Below, piece by piece: positions 10,751-23,139 of a DNA stretch of 64,000 nucleotides (its first letter is position 1; each line of letters starts with the position of its first letter). The notes beneath the pieces were generated by a model. That model saw only the letters and a program-made list of their open reading frames with translations. It was not told the origin of the DNA and made no database searches. The stretch is from NCBI RefSeq assembly GCF_006345805.1, contig NC_042999.1:64542001-64606000 (forward strand), read 5' to 3'. Source of the DNA: Octopus sinensis (taxonomy: Eukaryota). A program made the translations under genes and the position numbers.

Positions 10751-11642
10751 GTGAGTGTCCCGAAAAATCACTGGTGGGTTTAAATTTTTAATAATTTCCA
10801 TAATTTTACAAATAAATGCATGAAATTTTGCAACAATATAAAGGACATAATGGAAATTAATACACGCACAAGTCAAATTTTGCTAATCCACTACATCACA
10901 TGTGAAAAATGACATCGCTTAAATGGCAGCCATTTTCGCCTTCGCACGCCCGTACATTTTCCAAAACTTGCACCATAACACCCTCAAGAGTTTCAGACCT
11001 CACTTCTCTGATTTCTCTGTTGATGTTCTCGTTCACTTGCACCAGGGTCTCCAGTTTGTTGACGTAAACCCTCTCTTTCAGGTAACACCGTAAGAAAAAA
11101 TCCAGGCTAGTCAAGTCTGGAGAACATGATGGCCATTCAAAGTAGACCTCACACATAGTTCCAGCAAGATGGGGCAACTGCTAATACCGCAAGAGAAACC
11201 CTGCAGTTTCTATGGCAGTGCTTTGGAGAGAGAATAATCTCCCACTACAGCAATGTCAACTGGTCTTCACATTCTCCAGACTTGACTAGCACGGATTTTT
11301 TCTAGGGGTGGATACTGGAAAAAGAGGGTTTTCGTCAACAAATTCGGGACCCTGGTGCAACTGAAGGAGAACATCAATAGAGAAATCAGAGAAGTGGTGT
11401 CTGAAACTCTTGAAGGGTGTTATGGTGCAAGTTTTGGAAAGAGCACGGGTGTGCGAAACCGAAAGTGGGTGCCATTTTAGCGATGTCATTTTTTATGTGA
11501 TATAGTGATATTGCAAAATGTGACTTGTCTATTTTAAGTTTTATTATGTCCTTTATATTGTATCAAAATTTCATGCATTTATTTGTAAAGTTAAGGAACT
11601 TATTAAAATTTAAACCCAATCAGTAACTTTTAGGAAACTCAG
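10751..11642. mobile_element. Palindromic rosa-type (D41D) Tc1/mariner derivative built from two 3' halves
   Basis: Plus arm: FQQDGATANTARET...WSSHSPDLTSTD with 41 residues between catalytic D's; minus arm ORF 10896..11177 encodes the same C-terminus (WPSCSPDLTSLDFF...GCHLSDVIFH); both termini are the same transposon end. Confidence 0.85.
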
Positions 11643-11784
11643 TATATATATATATATATATATACATACACACACACACATTGTGCGCGCGCGCGTGTGT
11701 GAATACGCGTATATATATATATGTATATATATGCATGCACAGATCTAAGTGTGTCCTCCATAAAGTAAAAGTTAGTATACTCTT

Positions 11785-12118
11785 TTACTCTTTTACTTGT
11801 TTCAGTCATTTGACTGCGGCCATGCCGGAGCACCACCTTTAATCGAGCAACTCGACCCCGGGACTTATTCTTTTTGTAAGCCCAGTACTTATTCTATCGG
11901 TCTCTTTTGCCGAACCGCCAAGTATATTAATCATAATTATATATTTCTTTACTACCCACAAGGGGCTAAACACAGAGGGGACAAACATGGACAAACTGAT
12001 TAAGTCGATTACATCGACCTCAGTGCGTAACTGGTACTTAATTTATCGACCCCAAAAGGATGAACGTAACGGCAGACGAAATACGGCGTGCTAACGTTTC
12101 TGCCAGCTCGCCGCCTTT
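11785..12118 (-). mobile_element. Adjacent SINE B 3' fragment and SINE A short-tail copy
   Basis: ttttacttgtttcagtcatttgactgcggcc (B) then ttctttactacccacaagggg...gccagctcgccgcc (A). Confidence 0.8.
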
Positions 12119-12595
12119 TAGTATGTTTATCACAATTATATACCACAAAAAAAAAAAAATTACTTTTGACTAGGCACAGGGCCAATATTATTAAATTAGT
12201 AAGTATAGTTATTTTTATTGACTGCACTACCATTCATTACTGATTATGACCACAATGTATATATAAAGTAATTATAAAAATGACGTATGGAGATTAAAAA
12301 GTATCAATGATAACAAACCTGAAACAACAAATATCTCGAGATTTATGTTTTAAATATTTCGGAAAAGTTTATTTTTTATTGCAGAATTAAATACTTTTGA
12401 CTTTAAAAGCAAAATAGTATTGTCTACCAAATCTGAAGATGTGATTGTTTTGTTAAGAAGCTTGCTTCTCAAGCATGTGGTTTTGGGTTCAAACTCACAG
12501 CGTGGCATTTTGGACAATTGTTTTCCTCTATAACTCCTGGCCAATCAAGACCTTATGAGTGGACTTTGTTGTTTGTATGTATGTATGTATGTATG

Positions 12596-13683
12596 TCACT
12601 ATTCAGTTTATTTCAAGATTTCTTGCCAATAGAGAAAGAACCGGTTTCTAACCTACATCCAACCTTCATTGGAATTTCAACATCAACCAAGTATTTTTGT
12701 ATATATGTATATTTATATGTATACGTGTAGTTTTGTATGTTTTGTTTTATGTAAGTATTTTCATGTATATAATTGCATGTCTAAACATGCTCATATATAC
12801 TTAAATGATAAATTTCTGGAAAGTTTTACAGATTTCTCAATAGTTCAGCATAGGTGTTCTCTTTATCACTGATTTTCAGCTTTATATTAACATCCACTGG
12901 GCAGCTGATGTTTACTGCTACATTCCACCAGTACTCCTTTTAATCATGAGTCGCTATGGCTTCTATCATATTGTGGGTTTTATTTCTTTGTCCTCGGGAT
13001 CATCCTTTCGACGGATTTCATTATAGGTTGTGCTAGCTAACATGTCATGCAGATAATACCGTGATGACATTTTCGGACAACCGCTTTTGATGTGGGTGAT
13101 ATCTTCGGTGTGAACTCCACAAAGTCTGCATCGGTTGTCACACTTTACGGCTTTACATGCATATCTATCCCTTTTGTGCATCAGGTACTTGGTTGATATT
13201 TCCTGTTCCTGGATTGCAAACGCATACCCTTCAAAGTGGGAGGTGGTAATCCGGCTATTGTTCCATGATAAACTACTCTGATGATCGATGTTACTATCAT
13301 CATGGAGCTTTCTAGTAACATATCCATGCATAGTCTTCTGCCCATATAGGCTCATTTTTTTCATCCGATGATACGTTGCGGTAGAGTCGTGCGACTTCTT
13401 TGGGCATGTATTCTAGGTTATCTGACAAAGAGCGTTGGTCAAGGAGCTGCCTTCCAAGTCTTATGATGTTATCAGCCTCATGTATGCAAACTTAGTCAAG
13501 GAGTGCACTGCGACACTTGGTAGTTAAAAGATGTTGCTGAAGGGATATGATGCGACATTCAAAGGCATTTTGGATCCATGTTAAGCCTCTTGCACCTTGT
13601 TTTCGTTTTAGGTCGAGGCGGTCCACATCACTGTTTATGTGGAAATTATGCATGTATGTATGGTTCAAATTTACAGAAAGCAA
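12596..13683 (-). mobile_element. Second R4/Dong-like family 1 copy, 5'-truncated, RLE region deleted
   Basis: ORFs 13492..13683 (SDVDRLDLKRKQGARGL) and 12966..13364 (CRLCGVHTEDITHIKSGC); 3' UTR closely matches 4090-4303 and is followed by (CATA)n on the minus strand (12574-12595). Confidence 0.88.
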
Positions 13684-13684
13684 A

Positions 13685-13830
13685 AGACAAAGACAAGTGA
13701 GGGAACAACAAACATGCGTATTAGTTTGACGCCTAAGAAGAATGGAAAAGTCTTTGACGTTTCGAGCCTACGCTCTTCAACAGCAAGGGATGAGAGGAAA
13801 AAATGGAGAAAAAAAATGTGTCGGGATTAT
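13685..13830 (-). mobile_element. Penelope-like pseudo-LTR with hammerhead-like motif at 13750-13786
   Basis: Reverse complement: cuug-CUGUUGA-a-GAGC-guag-GCUC-GAAA-CGUC-aaag. Confidence 0.55.
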
Positions 13831-14151
13831 CGGTTTAACATAATGAAAATACACACACACAGACAGACAGACAGACACACACACACACATCACGGGCTTT
13901 ATGTGTGTGTTGTTTTTTGCTCTGCCCACCACTTGGCAATCGGATTGTTTACATCACCGTAATCTTTCGGTAGAGTAAATAGCAAACTTAAAGATAAGTA
14001 ATGGTGTCAATTTGTTCGACTGACTAAATAAAGATAAATTGTTTCGAATGACTAAATAAAGATAATTGTAAGTGACTATGAAATTTTTATTAAAATTGTA
14101 TTTGATGAAAATCGCTCCCCATTTACCAAGAGATCATAATATAACAACAGC

Positions 14152-14450
14152 GAAGGTGCACGACTCAGTGGTTAAAGCGTCAGGAATAGAATTTTAAGGT
14201 TATGAGTTCGATTCCCTGACTGGATTGTGTGTTGTGGTCTTGTGCAAATACTTTATTTCATGTTGTTCCAGTTCACTCAGCTGTAGAAATGCTGACGTCA
14301 CTGGTGCCAAGCTGTGTCGGCCTTTGCCTTTCTCGTGGACAACATCAGTGGCGTGCAGAGAGGAGGCTGGTATGCACGGGCGACTGCTGGTTTTCCATAA
14401 ACAGCCTTTACTGGACACGCGCCTCAGTGAGGGAACTTTCGAGGTGTGAT
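14152..14450 (+). mobile_element. tRNA-derived SINE (family D)
   Basis: gactcagtggttaaagcg...gagttcgattcc head; body caaatactttatttcatgttgttccagttcactcagctg shared with 19226. Confidence 0.7.
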
Positions 14451-15183
14451 CCTATAATCATTTAGGGATTTTACATAATATAATGTTTTCAAGAATTTAT
14501 GTCATTACAATTTTAACTATTACTCAATCTCAATGAGTGTTGCATAGTTCTAGAAAGATATTTAAAATCAAATTCATTTGTGTGTCAGTGTTTGCATACA
14601 TACATACATACATACACACACACATTATTCAATATATATATATATATATATATATAATGTATGTATCTTTCATCTTATACTTGTTTCAGTCATTAGACTT
14701 CGGCCATGGATGGTGGGGCACCACTTTGACGGCTTGGACAGCCCGGAGGTATAATTGAAGACACTTACCCAAGGTACCATGAAATGTGACTGAACTAGGT
14801 AGTATGTGGTTGGCATGTAAACTCCTTACCACATGCAACGCCTCCGCCCATTATATATATATATACAAGCATGTATGTGTGTATAAATATGTTCAAGTGG
14901 CATGAGGTTTGAAAATCTGAGAAGAATCTATTTCACGTACAAATATGTCTATACGTTAAAACGGAAGCTAAAAAGAAAATGTTTTTTCTGAAAGTTTTGA
15001 GTTTGGGGGAAAATAATATATAAATAAATATAAATAACGCAAAATTTTTGATAAGAAATTTTTATTTCTTCAACAAAATGCCAAACGAAGCTAAAATAAA
15101 AATATAGGATTAATGAATGCAGACAAAATATTTGTGAACAGAATTGTTTTTAAGTAAGACGTGAATTTTAACTCTACCGTAAG

Positions 15184-15245
<62 letters not shown>

Positions 15246-15261
15246 ATATATATATATATAT

Positions 15262-15295
<34 letters not shown>

Positions 15296-16439
15296 AAATT
15301 CTGGTGCATCTAACTTAAGTACCATATTCTTTGAATCTAAATTTTGCTGAACTTATATATATATATATATATTATATATATACACATACACACACATGCA
15401 TATATACTTACATTCATACACATGCACACACACATAATTATATATATGCTTACATACATATACACATACATAGGCAGAAAGCAGTTCGTTCTTAAATTGT
15501 TCTATTTGCAAACAGTCACTCCAAGACTCCAAGGTAAGACAGTAGAAACAACTTTATTCAAGGCAGAGACAACTTGAAAAACACATACAAGATTTTCGTT
15601 AGAATGCCTTGCTGTTTTGCTCTCCTCTTGTTGGCCCGAAAAAGGTGACAATATATCACTCGAGTGTTAATTTTCCTAAATTCATTGTATGAAAGCCGTT
15701 TTTATTCAAGCAGTGCCACTCAGCCACAAAAAAAAACAAAAACAAAAAAAAATCAGCAAACAAAAGAAAAGAAACAAAAAGAAAATTTCATGGGTCACTG
15801 TCTGAAGAGTATTATATGTATTTACTCTTATATTAAGGCGATGTCTTTCTGCGGTTTAATCGACCCCAGTATTTATTTTAAATTACAGACGTACTAGCAC
15901 TGTTTATCTTTTTATACTAAGGAGTATATCCATAGATACTGAGACGAAACTATTTAGATTAAATAATTAAATTTACGAGCTACGTGAAGCAGCAGTGTAG
16001 CTGTTATGTTCCTGTTGCAACATCATTGTGGACAGTAAAAGGGAGATCTACTGGTCTATTCCCGGTGTATTTATATCTCCATCAGGGAACGAATACTTTA
16101 AATACAATTTTGCAGTGGAAAGAAAATATAAAGTCAAATGCAGCCACACACACACAATCTCTGCCTCTGTTTCTCACTTATACAAACGCACGTACACACA
16201 CTTATATTTGGTCGATAGTTTTATACTCCGTTGTTTTTTAACATTGATCGCTCAGCATCCCGAAGCGACTGCAGCAGTCTGTATGCAGCACACCACCTCC
16301 ACCTCCACCTCCTGACTGTAATCAACAGAAAACGTACTGTCAAAATACGTGAACACCTTCACCGCATTTAGAGGTCGATACGTGGGCACAATGGTCATAG
16401 ATTCGACTTCCAGCTGAGACCCGTGTCAAATATTTTTGG

Positions 16440-16820
16440 CGAGAGCATGTCTAGAACGAAGAGGTTATGCAGCGTTAAACTATGTCTAATGATGTATCAC
16501 GCGGGAATTACAGCAAGAGTAGAATATGATCTGAGTAGGACATGCAATCCGTAGGGATGACACTAAGATGCTCATGGTTGGACTCTACATCATACACTCA
16601 AATGTTGAAGAAAGTGCTGCAGGGAAAATTGAGATGTTTGGTGACAACCACGTGGATATTATCAATAAATTTCTCAATGAAATGCGAGTCCCGATAGTGG
16701 CTGCATGGGAGAATATAGCAGTTGACACCAAAAGATGGTAAAGGGTTATAAAGAATGAGATAAAAACGACAGCATCGGATTTGACAAAACGAAAAAGAAC
16801 AGATCAAAAAGCTAGAGTAA
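16440..16820 (+). mobile_element. Degraded RTE-like LINE 3' remnant
   Basis: Frame reading AAWENIAVDTKRW*RVIKNE...KRKR resembles the RTE C-terminal WE..A.DR..WR motif seen at 56790-56900. Confidence 0.35.
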
Positions 16821-17053
16821 GATTTGTATTATTGTTGACAACAGATCTGTCAAAAATATTCTGCAATAGCGCCTTTGGCATCAACTCCCGTGAAAGAATA
16901 AAGCATTAATGATAGAGTTCCTTGGTGAAATAAAAAAAAATTATTTATCCCATTTCTACTACCAAATCACTCAGTTACGAGTGAAAGTATATATATATAT
17001 ATATTTCTAAGTCTCTCTAAAGGAGACTACGGCAGCGATACTGGACATTAATA

Positions 17054-17367
17054 GTCATTGCCTAGCTAACATGGCAGTCCAGAAAAATAGGACGAATGCT
17101 ACCGTTGATTAGCTCCAAGAGGCCATTGCCTCTAGCTAGCTATGTGACACACGAACCTGTGTCCATTATAACCTTCGAACAGGGGAGGTCAGCCGCTTCC
17201 CCTTGCCGGTCTGGCATCTACAGACTAGTTTCAGGGTAGCATCTACAGACTAGTTCCGAAGGTTATAGTGGACACAGGTTGGTGAGTCACATAGCTAACT
17301 AGAAGCGATGGCCTAATCAACGGCAGCATTCGTCCTATTTTTCTAGACTACCATGTTAGCTTGGCAA

Positions 17368-17371
<4 letters not shown>
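17054..17371. mobile_element. About 320-bp MITE with about 125-bp TIRs, TA-flanked
   Basis: gtcattgcctagctaacatggcagtccagaaaaataggacgaatgct ... agcattcgtcctatttttctagactaccatgttagcttggcaataac; central direct repeat gcatctacagactagtt x2. Confidence 0.85.
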
Positions 17372-17414
<43 letters not shown>

Positions 17415-17422
17415 CATATATA

Positions 17423-17653
17423 GTATAATAAATAAAATATATGCATACATACAAACATATATGTACGTAACTACATCTACATGTATATATACATGCATAT
17501 ATAAATATATATATACATGTGTACAGGACACCACAAATAGACGTGGTGTCCTGTACACACGTTATATATATTTATATATGCATGTATATATACATGTAGA
17601 TATAGGTACGTACATATATGTTTGTATGTATGCATATATTTTATTTATTACAC
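17423..17653. repeat. About 230-bp hairpin with 8-nt loop
   Basis: ...gtgtacaggacaccac-aaatagac-gtggtgtcctgtacac...; arms of about 110 bp with a few mismatches. Confidence 0.9.
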
Positions 17654-17749
17654 TATTGTATGACTGAGCGCCTTCGCGTCGATTCGATTCGATTCGTTGG
17701 TTTGGTTTGGTTTCTTCTTCTCTAAGCTGGTTTATATATATATATATAT

Positions 17750-17822
<73 letters not shown>

Positions 17823-17824
17823 CA

Positions 17825-18060
17825 ACTCGAGGTCATCTGCGTCACTCGGGCTCATCACTGATTTCACATAAGACACATGCCTGCTCGAAGAATTTCCAGT
17901 TTTCCAGTACTATGTCTTTCTCCATTTCTAAGTTAAGAGTAAAAATAAAGCAACCATGCAAAACACAATAGACACAGACGACCGTCAGACGCTGAACGAA
18001 AATAAATGAACTGCGACCAGGCTCAAGAAAAGGGGCCCGAGTTATTGGCTGCAATTACAT
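17825..18060 (-). mobile_element. Possible Gypsy-type gag N-terminal remnant
   Basis: [27 protein letters not shown] loosely fits the 'NW..F...F......E' start of Gypsy/K02A2.6-like gag; very short. Confidence 0.3.
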
Positions 18061-18694
18061 CCTCAGTCTGTGTTGGTAGAAATTAAATCAGTTTGCAAAT
18101 ACACGCTCTCTTTACTAAATTTATACTCGGGCTAAGCCCGAAAAGGCCGAGTGCCGGAATATATATATATATATATCTCAGTGGCGACTCCGGCACTCAG
18201 GCCGCAGTCTACTGACTGAGACAAGTAAAAGATAAAGACACGCATAAGCACTCCACTCTCCACAAATTTCGTTTTTGTACATGGTTTGCATGACTTTTGA
18301 TGCGAATTCGTGTGTTGAACCAGATTTTGTTGTATCTCGGGAAGGTCATTATACCAATAATAAACTTACCTACTGGTCCTATTTAACTTCTTTTATTGTT
18401 ATTAATCAATTACTTAATATTTAACCAGTTAAATGATCAACAATCAGCTAGGTTTTCTCAGAATCTTTTCGTAGCCACTCGCGATTTCGTCAATGACACA
18501 CACTCTTTACTCCGGCTTCAGTACAATTTCTACTTCCTAAAATTTACTCCCAAACTCCCAAGATATAAATCAGCTTGAAACTACAGTAATAGACTATTAC
18601 CTAAGTTGGTGCATAATGCGACCGAACTCGGGACAAACTTCCTGCCGTCACTGATAAACCTGTACCTCAGTTTAATATTTTGTAGAATAGTTAC

Positions 18695-19078
18695 TCTTTT
18701 ACTTGTTTCAGTCATTTGACTGTGGCCATGCTGGAGCATCGCCTTTAGTCGAGCAAATCAACCCCAAAACTTATTCTTTGTAAGCCTAGTACTTATTCTA
18801 TCGGTCTCTTTTGCCGAACCGCTAAGTTACGGGGACGCAAACACACCAGCATCGGTTGTCAAGCGATGTTGTGGGAGGGGACAAACACAGACACACAAAC
18901 ATACATATATACATATATACGACGGGCTTCTTTCAGTTTCCGTTTACCAAATCCATTCACAAGGCTTTCGTCGGCCCGAAGCTATAGTAGAAGACACTTT
19001 TCCAAGGTGCCACGGAGTGGGACTGAACCCGGAACCATGTGGTTGATAAGCAAGCTACTTCCACACAGCCACTCCTAC
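18695..19078 (-). mobile_element. Full-length SINE family B
   Basis: Minus strand head ggagtggctgtgtggaagtag...ggttccgggttcagtccc, internal microsatellite, tail ggcgatgctccagcatggccacagtcaaatgactgaaacaagtaaaaag. Confidence 0.9.
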
Positions 19079-19225
19079 GCAAAAAAGAGAGAAAAAATTA
19101 TCTGTGAAATAGTGATTTCTTACACATGAAGACAAAGTATTTAGAGGAGAAACAAGGATTTGTAAACCTGTTCGCTGATTCTTGTAATCTGTAGAGTTAA
19201 GGGAACTAGTGAATTAACTGTGAAG

Positions 19226-19548
19226 GTGTGTGGCTTAGTGATTAAGGGTATTCGGCTCACGATTGTGAGGCTGTGAGTTCGAATCATGGCTGCGCAGGGT
19301 GTCATTGAGCAAGACACTTTATTTCGAATTGCTCCAGTTCACTCAGATGGCAAAAAATGAGTTGTACATGAAATTCAAATGGCCAGTCTCGTCGCATTCT
19401 GTATCACGTTGAATCTACCTGATCAAACACGTTAAAAGCACGCGTTACTAAAGAGTGTACAGGTACTTGCACGTTAATTTGACGACGAGGCTGTTCTGCT
19501 GATCGGATTAATTGCTGCAATGCTCGTCGTCGTAACCGACGGAGTACC
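19226..19548 (+). mobile_element. tRNA-derived SINE (family D)
   Basis: tggcttagtgatt A-box, gagttcgaatc B-box, tail cgtcgtcgtaaccgacggagt shared with 44890-44912. Confidence 0.75.
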
Positions 19549-19577
19549 AGAGAAATAACTACCTTGGTAAGATTGAT

Positions 19578-19974
19578 TGATTGTTCCTTCTCGAGCCATG
19601 TCTGGCTCATAAGAGCCGGTTTCCTGGTTTCTTTGGCGTATAGGTTCCCCACCTGGACGGGTCACCGGTCCGTCGCAGCGTTCCTTCTCGAGCCACACCT
19701 GGCTCATAGGACTGGTTTTCCGGTTTCCTTGACGTATAGGTTCCCCACTTGGACGGGACACCGGTCCGTCGTAAGATGCAGGAGGAAAGAGTGAGAGAAA
19801 GTTGTGGCGAAAGAGTCAGCAGAAGTTCGCCATTACCTTATGCCGGAGCCGCGTGGAGCTTAGGTGCTTTCGCTCATAAACACACACATCACCCGGCCTG
19901 AGATTCGAACCCGCGATCCCTCGACCGCGAGTCTGCTGCTCTAACCACTAGGCCATGTGTCTCTGTGCCTCCAC
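19578..19974 (-). mobile_element. tRNA-derived SINE (family E) with 13-bp TSD and internal 97-bp tandem duplication
   Basis: tggtaagattgat at 19565-19577 and 19975-19987; ttccttctcgagcc at 19584 and 19681. Confidence 0.85.
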
Positions 19975-22181
19975 TGGTAAGATTGATAATTTGCTATAAA
20001 CAATTTTGCAAGAAAACTGGTGCGCAAGCAAATTTTCCCAGATTGAAAATGCTCTCGGACATGTAAACGGAAATGTTATTCTTGGAAAACACTTAGTAAA
20101 TCGTGAGATCATATCCTATTTTGATGTTTAACTAATAGTCACCAGCTTTATCTAATTGTCACATTATTAATATTAATTACTATTATTATCATCATGTCAT
20201 CACAACTATTCTTATATTCAAGGCCATATACTGGGGGTTGATTTTTATCAATTAAACACATTCACTTAGTTTTGCAGCTTTGTGTTTATGCTAGAAATCA
20301 GTATTAAATAGCCATCAAATAATAGAATTACTATATACAACTGTCGAATGGTATCATCATTAGATCGCTGCACAAAATGCTCTGCGGTAATATTTCTGGC
20401 TCTTCCCGTAATAAGTTCAAATCTCGTTGAGAACATCTTTGCTTTTTATACTTCCAAGTTAGGTTGAAGAAAGTTAAGTTCGGCTAATTACAGGAACTAA
20501 TTAGCAGTGTCGCTAGAGTATAGGACTAAATATATCTTGCGGTATTTGCTTCAAATCCTTCTGTGGTCAGTCTTGCCTATTATCATTTAGGGGCTAATAA
20601 ATAAAGTACTAGTAAAGTACTGAGATCACCAGTACTTGGATAGTATAAGCGAACAAAACTTTTTGCAGTATTTGTTCATAACGTAAAAAAGGTGTACATT
20701 TTCTTATTCTGCCACTACCACCACCATTACTGTTACCACCACCTCCATCACAGCATGTTCCCCATGTTGCCTCTACACAATCATCGATTTGCCAGAAATA
20801 ACAGCTAAACGTCTCAAAGAAATATACATTAGATAATTTAGTTTTTGGCAATAAAAACATAAAAACGAGGCGAAAGTCACAGCTGGAATGTCACACATAT
20901 ATATATATATTCTATATCCTACAGAATTCAGAGGCAGCACTGCAAGTTACAACATTTCGTAAACGAATACGTCCATGTAAATAATGCCATCGAAGATAGG
21001 AAAAATATTTAATGGGTGTATATGCATATTTCAAGAGATATTGCTCTCTCATCAGCACCACATCCAACCCATCAGCTATCCACGATCATATTGCTTAAAT
21101 ATCCATTAAGTTTAGCTGTGTAATATGATTGGATAGAACAATTTACATATTAAACACATTCTTGGCAACTGATACGTACATATTAATTGCTGGCAAGGAT
21201 ATATTTCGTTTTGATACCATAATATAGGATCAATTATATCAAAGGTTTATCAGTCAATATTGTGTCTTATCTCGTGTTATCAGTGCGGTGTATTCATCTT
21301 TAATGATTTCTGATTTAAGAACAAGGCCTGCAATTTTTGAGGAGAGGGTGTTAGTCAACTACATCAATCCCAGTATTTAACTGGTACTTCATTTTGCCAG
21401 GTACGCCACAGGGTTAAATGATAACGACGACAAAACCTAGGACCACGATATGTGAACCAGAATACGGCGTTGTAGTAAATATCTATATTATATTTTTTTT
21501 AATCGAATCACTAAAGTCATAAAGAAACAGGGAGAAGTCAGTGAATATACAGAAAGATGGCAGTGTAGCAATAAATGTACAGGAAATAGTTTTGTAAAAA
21601 TAGCTGGATAAGAATTATATACTATTTTGCAGCTGTAAATATACAGGAAGTTGGTTCAATATCAGAAGTTATTTCAGGAAGTTGACAATATGACAGAACA
21701 TATACATACAGGAAGTTGACAATATGACAGAACATATATATACAGGAAGTTGGTAGTGAATGAGAAACTATACAGGTAGTCAGTAAAATTAGTAGTGTAA
21801 AAGTGTATATATATATATAAAATTTAAATAATAAGGGTAGAAATTGATATTAATCAATTAAAACCAGTGGTTTAGCATATTTTAAAAATTGGAAGATTAA
21901 AAATTGTGTTACATACAAAATTAAGAGGAATGAACACTGATGAGTGACTATATTTATATCGAAGTGATTTTCCTACTACTATAATCATTTCTTAAATATA
22001 GCCACAAACGCGTGTCGTTATTCTACCAATTATATATGTATTTATTATTTTTTTGCAATTTACTTAATCATTGACATTTTATTGTTATTTTAATTTTAAT
22101 ATTTCTATTATATGTAATTTTCTAGATGGTGTAATTTAATTGTTCATTTTGAATTGATAAAAGGTGGGGTTTTTTCTAATT

Positions 22182-22231
<50 letters not shown>

Positions 22232-23139
22232 CAGAAAATGGAATTCAACCAAGTTTTCTTAAGATATATTTTAGCAAGTCTTGTTTAGCAGGCACTTGTT
22301 TAAAAAGTCAACTGCATCCGTCATGTAAGACAGTTGATTGTACAGCGTCTCGCCTTCGCGGTATTGATGCAGGATGAGTCGTATCTTTTGAAGTGAATAT
22401 GAATAAAGTCTCTCGTCAATTCTATTTTTCGTATTTTATCTATTTATATAAATTCCACGAACATCAAAGAACTCCTGAAGTAAATTTAGTTGCATATGCA
22501 CCAGAGATGATGTTCATATCAGGTAACCAATAACTGTGGACGTGCTTAACACAGCATACTCCAAGGTTTATACCCGAGTATAACAATAATTTTGACTTAA
22601 CTAATTTATATAATTTTATTTTACATTATATTATATTATATATTATATTTTACTATATTGCATTATATAGGATTTCATTAGAATCTAGGCGCATCAACAC
22701 GTAGGATGCCAGAAATGGTTAGATACGATAATATACAGTTTACAGTGAGGTAAAAACCAATGAACGTATCACATGTTGGTTGGATACCGAACATGCGTAA
22801 ATAACAAAACCAATTTAAACTGTATTTATTTCGATATTTATTAAGCTATTGAAAGCCACAAGCTGGTTAATTAACTGAGCACGAAGCAGTCGACGTTTTA
22901 ATAAGTACGTGCATTTAGTAAAAGACTGAAACACAGGGGAGATAATTAACTTCACAACAAGTATAACCAGTGCCTTCCGAATATCAAAATCTTATTGACC
23001 AACATGGAATGGTCTTTGATGTGTTCGGTGGTTTATCCTTAATTTCTGCTAAGATAGATCTAAAATGCGGGCAAAAAGAAAAGTGTCGCTCCTGGTATTT
23101 ACACAGTCACTGGATGATTTTTTTTAAAGTTATGGCTTT

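Noticed and set aside
15516-15533. 18-nt plus-strand microexon candidate (cag|tcactccaagactccaag|gtaaga)
   Set aside because: Good splice signals but expected by chance in 64 kb; no other plus-strand exon supports it
16028-16315. ORF MDSKREIYWSIPGVFISPSGNEYFKYNF as a gene
   Set aside because: Alternative start codon, runs into CA repeats, no recognisable domain
18145-18203. 14-bp inverted repeat around a (TA)n tract
   Set aside because: Too short and imperfect to define an element
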